Shown: piece after piece, positions 23,493 to 35,700 of the stretch
Position numbering within the stretch: the first letter of the stretch is position 1
Layout of the letters: the number at the start of each line of letters is the position of its first letter
Made by a program: the position numbers and the translations under genes
Origin: Pecten maximus
Taxonomy: Eukaryota
Assembly (NCBI RefSeq): GCF_902652985.1
Contig: NC_047023.1
Coordinates: 24,614,001-24,678,000 of the forward strand
Direction of reading: 5' to 3'
DNA: 64,000 bases
The notes under the pieces: generated by a model
The model's input: the letters and a program-made list of their open reading frames with translations, nothing else
Told to the model about the DNA's origin: nothing
The model's database searches: none

Positions 23493-24865
23493 CAGTGCCA
23501 TGCAAAAAGTGAGTAGCCACTTTCAACGTCAAAAACGACGTTTTCGCCGTTACGTCGTATTTTAATAAAATGAAAGAAATATATTTTCAAGTAATATTGT
23601 TATATCATACATCATTTTAATCGTGATCATCGTGTCCTTAATCCGGAACGCGGAATACGGTATTTGGTTTCATTTTAAGCACCGTTGTCGGTGTAAACAA
23701 TATGGCGCCACACGGTAGTGAGATGTCACAGTGCCAGAAGCAGACGATCACAGCAATGCACGAAAGTGGAATTTCTGGACGAAAAATTGCTGAAATATTG
23801 AACATATCCCGTTCAACAATTCAGAAGTTTCTCCAACGTTTTCACGAGAGAGGAAGTTTAGAAAACAAGCCCCGAAGGGGTAGGAGCAAAATTACCACCG
23901 TCAGAAGTGACACTCGGCTTTCGCGGCTGATAAAACAGAACAGACGTCAAAGTTTTCCGGATTTATTGGCATCATTTAATGAGTTAAACCCCACTGAAGT
24001 ATCTGAGAGAACTTTAAAGAGAAGACTCAGTGATTTTGATTATAAAAGATGCGCTGTTAGGAAGCGTACTACCATTTCAAAGGTGAACCGTGAACGGCGT
24101 GTAAAATGGTGTCGAGATCATCGGACATGGACAGTTGAACAAAATTGGAAAAATATCATTTTTACGGATAAAACAAAGATTGTCTTAGGTCATGATAGAA
24201 AAGTATATGTCTGGAGAAAACGCGACGAGACATGGAAACCGGAATGCCTTGGTCAGTATAGTGCTCATTCGCCACGATTAAATATCTCGGTCATGTTTTG
24301 GGGTTGTATAACTTTTCGAGGAGTGGGGGTATTGACCCCAGTGGAGGGTAATATTAATTCTGAGAAATACATAAATGTTTTAGATACACATTTGTGGCCA
24401 GTTGTTGCGAAAATGTTTGGAAATTCTTATTGGATATTACAAGAGGACAACTGTCCCGTCCATGTGTCAAGACAGACCTGCCGGTGGAAAACGGAACATA
24501 ATATTGAAACAATTCCTTGGCCAGCACAGACCCCAGACATCAACATAATAGAAAATCTATGGAGATTACTAAAAATTAAACTAACAAACAGACTGAATGA
24601 CATTAGGTCAAAGGCAGATCTGGTGAGTGTCGTTTCTGAAATTTGGAATCAGCTGGACCAGACAAGAATACAGGCATTATATGAATCAATTCCAAAGAAA
24701 ATACAGGCAGTTATTAAAGCAAAGGGGTGTATTACCAAATATTAACAAGTAAGTTACATTATTTTTGCTATTATATTGAAAAAACGTCGAAAATACAAAG
24801 CCATCTACTTGACATTGCAAAATGACGTCGCGTAGAAGTGGCTACTCACTTTTGGCACTGCACTG
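23493..24865 (+). mobile_element. Full-length Tc1-family (DD34E) DNA transposon in an intron
   Basis: TA flanks; ~30-bp TIRs CAGTGCCATGCAAAAAGTGAGTAGCCACTT / CAGTGCAGTGCCAAAAGTGAGTAGCCACTT; intact ORF. Confidence 0.95.
23702..24745 (+). CDS. Tc1-like transposase, 347 aa
   Basis: Paired HTH, RGR linker, FTD...QEDN-x-PDINIIE with 34 residues between the second D and E. Confidence 0.95.
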   Translation: MAPHGSEMSQCQKQTITAMHESGISGRKIAEILNISRSTIQKFLQRFHERGSLENKPRRGRSKITTVRSDTRLSRLIKQNRRQSFPDLLASFNELNPTEVSERTLKRRLSDFDYKRCAVRKRTTISKVNRERRVKWCRDHRTWTVEQNWKNIIFTDKTKIVLGHDRKVYVWRKRDETWKPECLGQYSAHSPRLNISVMFWGCITFRGVGVLTPVEGNINSEKYINVLDTHLWPVVAKMFGNSYWILQEDNCPVHVSRQTCRWKTEHNIETIPWPAQTPDINIIENLWRLLKIKLTNRLNDIRSKADLVSVVSEIWNQLDQTRIQALYESIPKKIQAVIKAKGCITKY

Positions 24866-25024
24866 TATATTATATCTAGTACAGTAAAAGAGGTATAGAG
24901 CTCGATCCCAATTAAAAGAATTAATACATTGATATCTTAAAATGAAAACATAGATGTACACGTTAATGAAATAGACACAGTATGGTTATATGATTTTGAA
25001 TACATCTGAATATATAGCACACAT

Positions 25025-25390
25025 GCTTGCATAGAAAATGGGATATGGCAGTGGTAACGTGTACTGTGGGAATCACAAGGTTGGCAACTCCGCTACGAGC
25101 GAAACGGCACCCCACCACACCTCAATCCACTAAAAAACTCATTAATTCAAACTGACACAGCGCATACTATATACTGCCGCCATCTAGAAACATTCATCTT
25201 TAACCTACCGTGTCACTCAATACGAATTGTTACATCCAAAACACAATAATCCGTGAAAACATCGCCGAATTCCTCCTTCAGGACACCATTTTTGAAAGGT
25301 CATGCGTTTATATAATCGACTGTCACCAGGTGCACTTTTTGGGGTCATCTCGGCATGCTTTAATTTACAGGTGCATGTACAGGACGTCGT
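25025..25390 (+). repeat. Left arm of a long inverted repeat (partner ~30160-30577); fold-back-type element
   Basis: AAACTGACACAGCGCATACTATATAC...CATCCAAAACACAATAATCCGTGAAAACATCGCCG is found as its reverse complement at 30.3-30.45 kb. Confidence 0.85.
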
Positions 25391-26036
25391 TTGCGAGATC
25401 ACGAACTAATTAAGATAGCATGTTTTAATGCCAGTGATGAGATAGTCCTTTCCCTTTCTTCAACTGCATCATTTCCGTAGTTGTTGAAACTTCGTTTTGA
25501 AATCGAAAGATTGCAAACGGTGCTCAATCACTTGTTCAAGACAGGGCCTGGGCATTATACGTATACCATGAACTAGCAGTATCGGTTGATTTTTTTCGAA
25601 GTTGTTAAAATATGGACGGGGTAATAGCTGACAGTTATTTGATATTTTGGTTTTCAAATTGAACTTATGTATTTAGGGTTATGCCTATCTTTAATTAAAA
25701 AAAAAAGCAAAAACAAAAAAACATGGACCACTACATGACTATAAAAAGTATTAACAAATATATAGACCACACACAACACCGGTAAATATTGGAGGTTTAA
25801 TTTTTTAGGCAGTTCTACAACCGTCGGTTCATTTAATTTGTTCTGAGAGATTGTTTTCCTTTTTATTTAATAGCATTTGACCTCTATCGTTTAAGCGTGA
25901 TGCCTTTTTATTTTCTGGGCGGGGGCTCTGGCGTTGACACAAAATAACAACTAGAAATACTTAAGTATTATCTTTTCTTTCTCATTTCAATTCAGTTTCT
26001 TTACTCTGTAAGCCCTTCGGCCAGCTTAACCATTAT

Positions 26037-29000
26037 TACAATACAATACAATACAATATTTTATTTATTAGAATGTCACACATTTTTACAACATGGTAAA
26101 AACAAAGTCATGATAGATAAAAATACCAATTAGAGTAAAAATGTCCAGCCATATTTGGCTTACGAGACACTTAAAAATTATATCTATTAAGAATATCAAG
26201 TATCTTGTTAAAATTATTTAGGATTTAAGAACACAACTTCGACTTATCTAAAATTGCAAGATTAGAAAAACTACCAGTGTAGTAACATAACCTCCATATT
26301 TGGGTAAAGATACATAATAATGTACAAATTAAACAAAATTAAAACATAATCTTCGTCTGTACATGTTGTATAATGTCGATGCTAACGTGGATTGTAAGTT
26401 GGCATTTTGCATAAGAAATAGTAATTTGATTGAAGAATCAAGATTTGTGATTTGGTAAATAAAATAATGCTTTGTTGTATAAAGAAAGTTTCAAATCTGA
26501 GTAAAAGTCACAATCTATGAGAAAATGAGTTTCATCTGCCAAAGAGCCTGAATGACATAAAGTACACTTTCTCTCCTGTAAAGGCGTAACAGCATGAGAA
26601 TACCGACCCGTCTCTACTTTAAGTTTCAAATTGCCACAACGAAATTTGGCTAAGGTTTGTCGATGTTTATAATTCATGATCAGGAGCTAGACTATATTTA
26701 TACGTTCGGTAGGTCCTAAGTTTATTACCATTGTCTTGACCAGAATCGTTCCACATTTGTCTATACCATGTAGTTTCATCCTCTTGTCGGAGCGATAGCT
26801 TTGCTTCATTGAGACATGATGTATAAGACGGGTTAGGTTCTAAAAGAGAGTTCAAGTTCCGTACATTTAACAGAGATTCCACGCGTTTGTCCCAGCTTCT
26901 TCCTCGGGAGAGAGACCAGATATGAATTGTTTTTATAAGACGCCCGGGCTCACAACACTTGATTTTTAGCCAAAGCCTACACACTTCTATTTTTTGTTTC
27001 GTTGCGCATGAGTTCCACCCGAGGTCGCCATGTTCGAAACATTTTTTCCGGAGCCCAAGAAGTAGCGCCCGGCCTTGTTTTGCACAGTTTGAACAAAACG
27101 ATAAGAATTAACTCCCCATATACCGGCACAATAGAAAAGTACGGGCTCCACTAATGATTCATAAAGGTTCTTAAACACACCAAAAGACATGCCACCTGCG
27201 AATCTAAATTTGCTGTATAGTGCGCCGAGTGCTCGACTTGCTGATTTCGCTAATTCCTTAACGGTGAGTTCCATGCCAAGTGTTCCGTAAACCAGACACT
27301 CAGGTATTTATAATGATCAGCGGTCTGGATATCAAGATCGCAATATTTGAACTGGAAATTTGATCTAGGTACAGACTTGTTTCTGAAGTGAATGACGTTA
27401 GTTTTTCCGACGTTGACCGTAAGACGCCACTTCCGACACCAGTTATGTAAACAGTTCATCATCCGTTGTAAGGACGGCTCATCGGGCGCCAATAACGCCA
27501 CATCGTCAGCATACAGAAGAATCGAGAGCATACTATCACCGATCGTGTCGTCGCATCGAAGATTGTTGATTTCTTCTACAAGATCCTTTATGTATATGGC
27601 GAATAAGCTCGGCGAAATATTACAGCCTTGTTTTACGCCGTTGTTCACGTTGAACCAGTCGGTGACGTGATTTTTCAGCCGTACCGCACATCGCGACTGT
27701 GAATAGAGAGATTTCACTGCGTCCAGGAACAATCCACATATGCCGATCCTTTTACGTTTGTACCATAGGCAATGCCTGTTGACGGTGTCGAACGCTTTTT
27801 TAGCGTCTACGTAACAAACAAACGTCGACTCCCTGGAAAGTTTTCGGTTATTTATGACACTATAAAGCGAATAGATGTGGTCGAGGCCGCTCCTCTTGGA
27901 ACGGAAACCGTTTTGTTCGTCCGCTAGTAAGTTGTGGCGTTCCAGCCAGGTGTTTAAGCGTTGTCCTAGAATATCGGTATAAATTTTACTACGTACGGAC
28001 AGGAGAGATATCCCGCGGTAACTAAGCGGATTGGTGAAGTCCTTTGTATCCGACTTGGGGATAGGATGAATTATTCCAGATGTCCAATCTTTTGGTACAG
28101 TACTGTTGTCAAAACAATATTTAAAAATCGTGACAAGTATGTTCACACACGCGTCGTTTCGGAGAACCTCATCAGGAATGTTGTCAAATCCTGGTGATTT
28201 CCTGTTCTTTGCGCGCGCGATAGCTTTCTGTACCTCCTCCCTGGTGATTGGTGTATTAAGGGACGTAATATACACCGCGTAAGGAACCTCCACACTATTT
28301 GTCTCTAGTTTCGATTTTACTTCGGTGAGACGAGCCTCGTCAAATACGTTTGGATCACTTTGACCATTATAAAGTTCTTCATATTTATTTTTCCAACATT
28401 CGAGGACTAGATTTTTTTCACGTACTATGCTACCATTGGTGTTCACGGTTTCCATGGGGATTTCCGTTTGCCGTGCGTTTACTATACCAAGCTTGCCAAT
28501 CTCTTTCCACATATCTCTGGAATTGTTCTCTATTAACAGAGAATTCAGTTTAGATTGTTCTTCTAATTGGAATCGCCGTTTATGTTTTCGGTTAAGTTGG
28601 TCGAACGTTTTCCGTTCCCGACAAAAATGCTCCTTAAGTCTGCGTTTAGCCAAACCAGACCCTTTAATTTTAAGCCATTTACGTTCTCATTCATGAGCAA
28701 TGCTCCATTGTGTTTGAAGTTCTTCGTTCCAGTAGGGTTTTAATAGATATTTGGATTTGGGTCGACCAACACTTTTCCACGTTACTTTCACCCGTCTGTC
28801 CATTTCCGTGAATATTAGATCTTTTTAATTTTGAGTACGCTTGATCAATGTTTTCACTATCATTCAGATCACGCTCAATTTTCTGGATTGTAGAGTTAAT
28901 TATTTCGATACTTTCGACATCCCTTAAAAAGTCTGACGGTAAAGTTGACAAATTATAACGTTTGCTGGAATCCGGGATAACATCATGATCACTTGTTGGT

Positions 29001-29475
29001 GTTCGTTTTGTTACCATATCAAATTCGAGTATAGAATGATCGGGGACGCTGGTGTGAGCTTCCAGGCCAAGGACGTGCACAATGTCGGACATTAAAAGTA
29101 CGTTAAAACTATCAAATAAGAATAACTGTTCGTGCGGTACTATGACGTAATCGACAACTGATCTGCCCCTACTTGAGACATGAGTAAAGTCATTAGATCC
29201 AAGTCTACCGTTTAAAACACAAGTATTGGTTTCGACGAAAAAGTCAATAAAAACATCGCCATAATGATTTATTCCGTCGTCAATTGAGTGTCTAGGGAGT
29301 ACTGTATCAACACCTTCAATGAAGTCAGCCGAATCGCCAATTCTGGCATTAAAGTCCCCTGTTATACATATGTTGCCTAAAGTTTGATAAGAGTAAATAC
29401 TTTCCAAAAGGTTATGGAAAAAGGCATCACTTTCCGCTGTTCTCGTTGAGAGTAACGTTGGATGCTTACACACTC
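26037..29475 (-). mobile_element. 5'-truncated, frameshifted LINE of the L2/CR1 group (APE endonuclease + reverse transcriptase)
   Basis: EN motifs GDFNAR, DY, PDH (28691-29473); RT motifs DAKKAFD, KQG, YADD (27250-28653); C-terminal ETGRY..C..C..DETHF..C; 3' stem-loop AGCCATATTTGGCT, AATAAA and (TTGTA)n tail. Confidence 0.92.
27250..28653 (-). pseudogene. LINE reverse transcriptase domain (frameshifted at both ends)
   Basis: YRGISLLS, EQNGFR, GVKQGC, LLYADD motifs. Confidence 0.9.
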
Positions 29476-30159
29476 AATTACACTCAAAAATTTGAATAAA
29501 AAAGGTTGAAAATAAAAAGAAACTCATTCTCAATATTTCGATAATCACATAGTGATAAATCTATATGCAAGTCCCGAGTCCTGTTTGTACTCATAGAATT
29601 TTGAGAATTTCTTGGAAATATTAATCCATCATTGTAGGACTCATGAAAATAAATTGTAGATTGATCACTGACCACACAATCGTTTGGCAGGTCTGAAGTA
29701 TGAACTTCGGATTTGACGACGACATTATATTTGTAAAATTTGTGGAAATAAATTAACAGGTCTGAAGTAAGCAATGTTGGTATATGTACCAGTGACCTGA
29801 ATGCAGTCTTATTCGTAATACACTTTTATTTTTTATCGTCCTGATTTCAGCAATCTGACAAAAGTTAATCGTATAAAAAAAGCCTTTTTGTTCTACCTTT
29901 GTGACAAAAGTATGCTAACCCATTTCCTTTTAATTGCTTTTTTTTTTTTTTTTTTAATTTTCAAGTATGAAATGTCTAGGCCTACTACGTGTATGCGATT
30001 ACAGAATGGGCATTCTTGACTTCGTTTGCTTTTCCTGTGTACCGTCATATTCGGTGCATGGGAATCTCACTTTTAAAATAATGAATAATTTATTATTATA
30101 AATCATCGTTCATTCGACAAAACTCTTCAAATAATCGTAAATTAGACGAAACTCTTGAA

Positions 30160-30577
30160 CGAGCCGAAGCGTTTTCCGGACAAAATGCATGTGGAGATGA
30201 CCCCAAAATGTGTACCTGGTGACAGTCGATTATATAACGCATGACCTTTCAACTCCGTATGTAAATGAGGAATCTGGACAGGCTGAGGGAGGAGTTTGAA
30301 AAATGGTATCCTGAAGGAGGAATCCGGCGATGTTTTCACGGATTATTGTGTTTTGGATGAAACAATTAGTATTGAGTGACACGGTAGTTAAAGATGAATG
30401 TTTCTAGATGACGGTAGTATATAGTATGCGCTGTGTCAGTTTGCATAAATGTGATTTTTAGTCGATTTAAGTGAGGTGGTGTGCCGTTTCGCTGGTGACG
30501 AAGTTTCCGGCCTTCACTTTTACACAGTACACATACCACTGATATCATTTTTTATAATTCTTATTTTCTATGCAAGC
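30160..30577 (-). repeat. Right arm of the long inverted repeat (partner ~25025-25390)
   Basis: Reverse complement of the left arm with an insertion of ~45 bp. Confidence 0.85.
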
Positions 30578-30653
30578 GTCTGTGGTCTCATTTGGTTAGT
30601 TTATATCGACGAGGTAGCACTCTAAAGTAAACAAGACAAGCGAATTTTGCAAA

Positions 30654-31262
30654 ATGGACAAAATCGGTAAAAGAGTAGTGATCCCATATTTGCATAACAA
30701 AAAAAGGTTGAACACCTAAGGATATCCATAATGATATGGTAGCAACACTAGGGAAAGATGCCCTTCATCTGTCACAGTGAAAAGGTTGGTGGCAGAATTT
30801 AAGAGCGGCTGACAGAGCCTTGAGGATGACCCCCGTCGTGGAAGGCCTGTCAATGTTGTTAACCCCAAAAATGGTCAATAAATTTCATGATATTGTTATG
30901 ACTGACAAGACGAGTCACAGAAAGATATATAGCTAGTAGATTTGTCATTTCACAGGAAAGAGTACATTCCATTTTTTTACGAGGATCTCGCAATGAGAAA
31001 GCTTTCGGGCCGATAGGTACCAAGACTTCCGTCAGTTGAGCAGAAATACACCAGGCGCACATCATCGCTTGCTAATCATAACCTTTTTTAGGAATAGCCT
31101 GCCAACTTTCTTCAGAGATTTGTATCTATGGATGAAACATGGGTCCATCATTTTACCCCCAGAGGCCAAAGAACAATCGAAACATTGGAATCACCCTGGC
31201 TCTCTCCCGCCAAAGAAGGCAAAGACTGTTACATCAGCTGGAAAGATTATGGCCTCGGTTTA
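30654..31262 (+). pseudogene. Decayed mariner transposase fragment (5' half)
   Basis: PKDIHNDMVATLGKDAP, EFK..SLEDDPRRGRP, (W)VPRL, MDETWVHHF, KKAKTVTSAGKIMASV, broken by frameshifts and stops. Confidence 0.88.
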
Positions 31263-31312
31263 CTAAGCAGATGCAGCCGCCTGTGATTTAATCGGATAAT
31301 GATTCTACTTAC

Positions 31313-31427
31313 TTGTACCCCAAGACGTCCCCATTCCTTTGAAAGAGAGTCACTTGGTCCCATCCCACTGTAACACTGTCGTGTGTCTTGGACAACATGT
31401 GTAACTTGCCCGGAGGAGAAGCCGGAA
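31313..31427 (-). CDS. FN3/mucin membrane protein, N-terminal half of FN3 domain 2
   Basis: TTCCAG acceptor; PASPPGKLHMLSKTHDSVTVGWDQVTLFQRNGDVLGY; AA|GTAAGT phase-2 donor matches the exon at 23332. Confidence 0.9.
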
Positions 31428-31907
31428 CTGGAACACAAACATCAATCAGTCTTACATCACATAGGGTTTACATGTTTTACTTGTAATATCCATATGTGGT
31501 GAAAATGTATCCTTTCTAAAACATCAGTTATTTCCTGATTGACTAGGGAAAATAATTCTCCTTAGTCCATCCATTAGAGTGTTGGTCTAGAATTCATGGT
31601 TCGAACCTAAGCAGAAGTATTGAAAACACATCACCACCACTGTTTCAAAAACAGTGAAGATGAGCGTATGGTATCGACTAGATTGTGAAATGTTTTGTTG
31701 TCAAGTAATTAATTTGAAATTATCCTATTCATAATTAGCTGATGTCTGTTACTAGTCCGTGGTGGAGCCACAATCTATACATATATGTTTTATGTTCTAG
31801 TTGTTTTGTTTGTTTGTTTTTGGGGGTTTTTTTGGTTTTTTTTATACATTTAAACAATATTTCACAGTCGGTGTCAATCATGTGTACTATTTGTTGGAAG
31901 TACTCAC

Positions 31908-32198
31908 GTGTTTTGGGAGCTTGATAGACGACCACTGGCGATTGGACCACACCTGTGTTTGTGAAAGCCTGTACAAACACGTTGTACTTGAAGTTGGGAT
32001 GAACGGGTATAAAGGACTGATTAACATAGCTTCCTGAATTGTTTCGGTTCTGGTAGATTCGAACTGGGCTCACCGAGTCGTAATGCACCATCCAGTTTAA
32101 AACGGAGCACCCAGGCGCAATACCAGATACGCTCCATGTTACTTCGGCAGCAGTTCTGTAGCGTTGCACTTTGGTACCTGTCAAACTTAGACAGACTC
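31908..32198 (-). CDS. FN3/mucin membrane protein, divergent FN3 domain 1
   Basis: TTGCAG acceptor; AEVTW...WMVHY...VHPNFKYNVFVQAFT; C|GTGAGT donor; symmetrical phase-1 exon. Confidence 0.85.
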
Positions 32199-32377
32199 CT
32201 GCAAATAAAAAAAATGATTGTAAGATAAATAATAACTATCCAAAATTCTCAAGGCAAATCATCAGCAAAAGAAGGATATTTTGTATATACGGACACCCTT
32301 GAAAATATCTTCCCTTCCTCAGCGATGTTTTTTTTTTTTTTTTTTTTTGTATTTTTCAACAGCTAAGATCATTAAAG

Positions 32378-32535
32378 AAGGTCTCCCCTGTGTGCAAGAT
32401 GCATGAGTGTTCTGGAAGGCTGTAGTTACTTCGTGTTTGTCTCCTTGTGATAGTGCGAAACTGATACCGACTTCATAGTGCTACCTCGCTGAAATATACT
32501 GCCGAAGACTCCAGCAGGACACCCCACCCGATCAT
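32378..32535 (-). mobile_element. SINE fragment (Meta-domain-like bivalve SINE)
   Basis: ATAGTGCTACCTCGCTGAAATATACTGCCGAAGACTCCAGCAGGACACCCCACCCG resembles the conserved central domain of bivalve SINEs (from recall). Confidence 0.55.
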
Positions 32536-32719
32536 CGGTGATATCTAGCATTTCAATAGATATATAGACTTTTGTATTCCTCTGCAATAATTCCTAAAAT
32601 AATCTAGGCACTCGTAAATATGTCCTCTGTAAAAGACTCCTTACGTTAATCCTAATTAAATAACGTACAATGCCACTGGTTATCACAAAGAGAATACCAA
32701 CAATATAAGCAAAAATGTA

Positions 32720-35700
32720 ATCCTTACTAAAAACACAAAACTGTATTCCTGGCTCTAAAACAAAACAGTAGTCCTAACTCAAAAAAATATATATATAATA
32801 CTCGCTCAATAACCAAACTGTATTCCTAACTCTTAAAAAAACTGTCATCCTGGCTCAAAACAAAACAGAAGTCCTCACTCAAAATACAAAATATAATCCT
32901 AACTCAATAACAAAACTGTAATCCTAACTCAATAACAAAACTGTAATCCTGACTCAATAACAAAACTGCATTCCTGACTCAATAACAAAACTGTAATCCG
33001 GACTCAATAACAAAACTGTAATTCTAACTCAAAAACAAAACTGTAATCCTGACTCAATAACAAAACTGTATTCCTGACTCAATAACAAAACTGTATTCCT
33101 GACTCAATAACAAAACTGTAATCCTAACTCAATAATAAAACTGTCATCCGAACTCAATAACAAAACTGTAATCCTAACTCAATAACAAAACTGTATTCCT
33201 GACTCAATAACAAAACTGTAATCCTGACTCAATAACAAACCGTATTCCTGACTCAATAACAAAACTGTCATCCGAACTCAATAACAAAACTGTATTCCTG
33301 ACTCAATAACAAAACTGTAATCCTGACTCAATAACAAAACTGTATTCCTGACTCAATAACAAAACTGTATTCCTGACTCAAAAACAAAACTGTAATCCTG
33401 ACTCAATAACAAACTGTAATCCGGACTCATCAACAAAATTGTAATCCTGACTCAAATCAAAACTGTAATCCGGACTCAATAACAAAACTGTATTCCTGAC
33501 TCAATAACAAAACTGTAATCCTGACTCAATAACAAAACTGTAATCCTGACTCAATAACAAAACTGTAATCCTAACTCAATAACAAAACTGTAATCCTGAC
33601 TCAATAACAAAACTGTATTCCTGACTCAATAACAAAACTGTAATCCTAACTCAATAACAAAACTGTAATCCTGACTCAATAACAAAACTGTAATCCTGAC
33701 TCAATAACAAAACTGTAATCCTGACTCAATAACAAAACTGTATTCCTAACTCAAAAAAAAAATGTATTCCTGACTCAATAACAAAACTGTAATCCTGACT
33801 CAATAACACAACTGTAACTCTAACTCAATAACAAAACTGTATTCCTGACTCAATAACAAAACTGTATTCCTGACTCAATAACAAAACTGTATTCCTGACT
33901 CAATAACAAACTCTAATTTGTACTCAATAACAAAACTGTTATTCTAACTCATAAACAAAACTCTAATCCTAACTCAATAACAAAACTGTAATCCTGACTC
34001 AATAACAAAACTGTATTCCTGACTCAATAACAAAACTGTAATCCTGACTCAATAACAAAACTGTATTCCTGACTCAATAACAAAACTGTAATCCTAACTC
34101 AATAACAAAACCGTAATTCTAACTCAAAAACAAAACTGTATTCCTGACTCAATAACAAAACTGTATTCCTGACTCAATAACAAAACTGTAATCCTGACTC
34201 AATAACAAAACTGTAATCCTGACTCAATAACAAAACTGTATTCCTGACTCAATAACAAAACTGTAATCCTAACTCAATAACAAAACTGTAATCCTGACTC
34301 AATAACAAAACTGTAATCCTGACTCCAAAACAAAACTGTAATCCTAACTCAATAACAAAACTGTAATCCTGACTCAATAACAAAACTGTAATCATGACTC
34401 AATAATAAAACTGTATTCCTGATTCAATAACAAAACTGTATTCCTGACTCAATAACAAAACTGTATTCCTGACTCAATAACAAAACTGTAATCATAACTC
34501 AATAACAAAACTGTAATCCGGACTCATAAACAAAACTGTAATCCTAACTCATAAACAAAACTGTAATCTTGTCTCATAAACAAAACTGTAATCCTGACTC
34601 AATAACAAAACTGTAATCCTAACTCAAAAACGAAACTGTAATCCTAACTCAAAAACAAAATTGTATTCCTGTGTCAATAACAAAACTGTATTCCTGACTC
34701 AATAACAAAACTGTAATCCTAACTCAATAACAAAACTGTAATCCTAACTCATAAACAAAACTGTAATCCAAACTCATAAACAAAGCTGTAATCCTGACTC
34801 AATAACAAAACTGTAATCCTAACTCAAAAACAAAACTGTAATCCTAACTCAAAAACAAAATTGTATTCCTGTCTCAATAACAAAACTGTATTCCTGACTC
34901 AATAACAAAACTGTAATCCTAACTCAATAACAAAACTGTAATCCTGACTCAATAACAAAACTGAAATCCTGACTCAATAACAAAACTGTATTCCTGATTC
35001 AATAACAAAACTGTAATCCTGGCTCAATAACAAAACTGTAATCCTGACTCAATAACAAAACTGTAATCCTGGCTCAATAACAAAACTGTAATCCTGACTC
35101 AATAACAAAACTGTAATCCTGACTCAATAACAAAACTGTAATCCTGACTCAATAACAAAACTGTATTTCTGACTCAATAACAAAACTGTAATCCTGACTC
35201 AATAACAAAACTGTAATCCTGACTCAATAACAAAACTGTATTCCTGATTCAATAACAAAACTGTAATCCTGGCTCAATAACAAAACTGTAATCCTGACTC
35301 AATAACAAACCTGTAATCCTGGCTCAATAACAAAACTGTAATCCTGACTCAATAACAAAATTGTAATCCTGACTCAATAACAAACCGTATTCCTGACTCA
35401 ATAACAAAACTGTCATCCGAACTCAATAACAAAACTGTATTCCTGACTCAATAACAAAACTGTAATCCTGACTCAATAACAAAACTGTATTCCTGACTCA
35501 ATAACAAAACTGTATTCCTGACTCAAAAACAAAACTGTAATCCTGACTCAATAACAAACTGTAATCCGGACTCATCAACAAAATTGTAATCCTGACTCAA
35601 ATCAAAACTGTAATCCGGACTCAATAACAAAACTGTATTCCTGACTCAATAACAAAACTGTAATCCTGACTCAATAACAAAACTGTAATCCTGACTCAAT

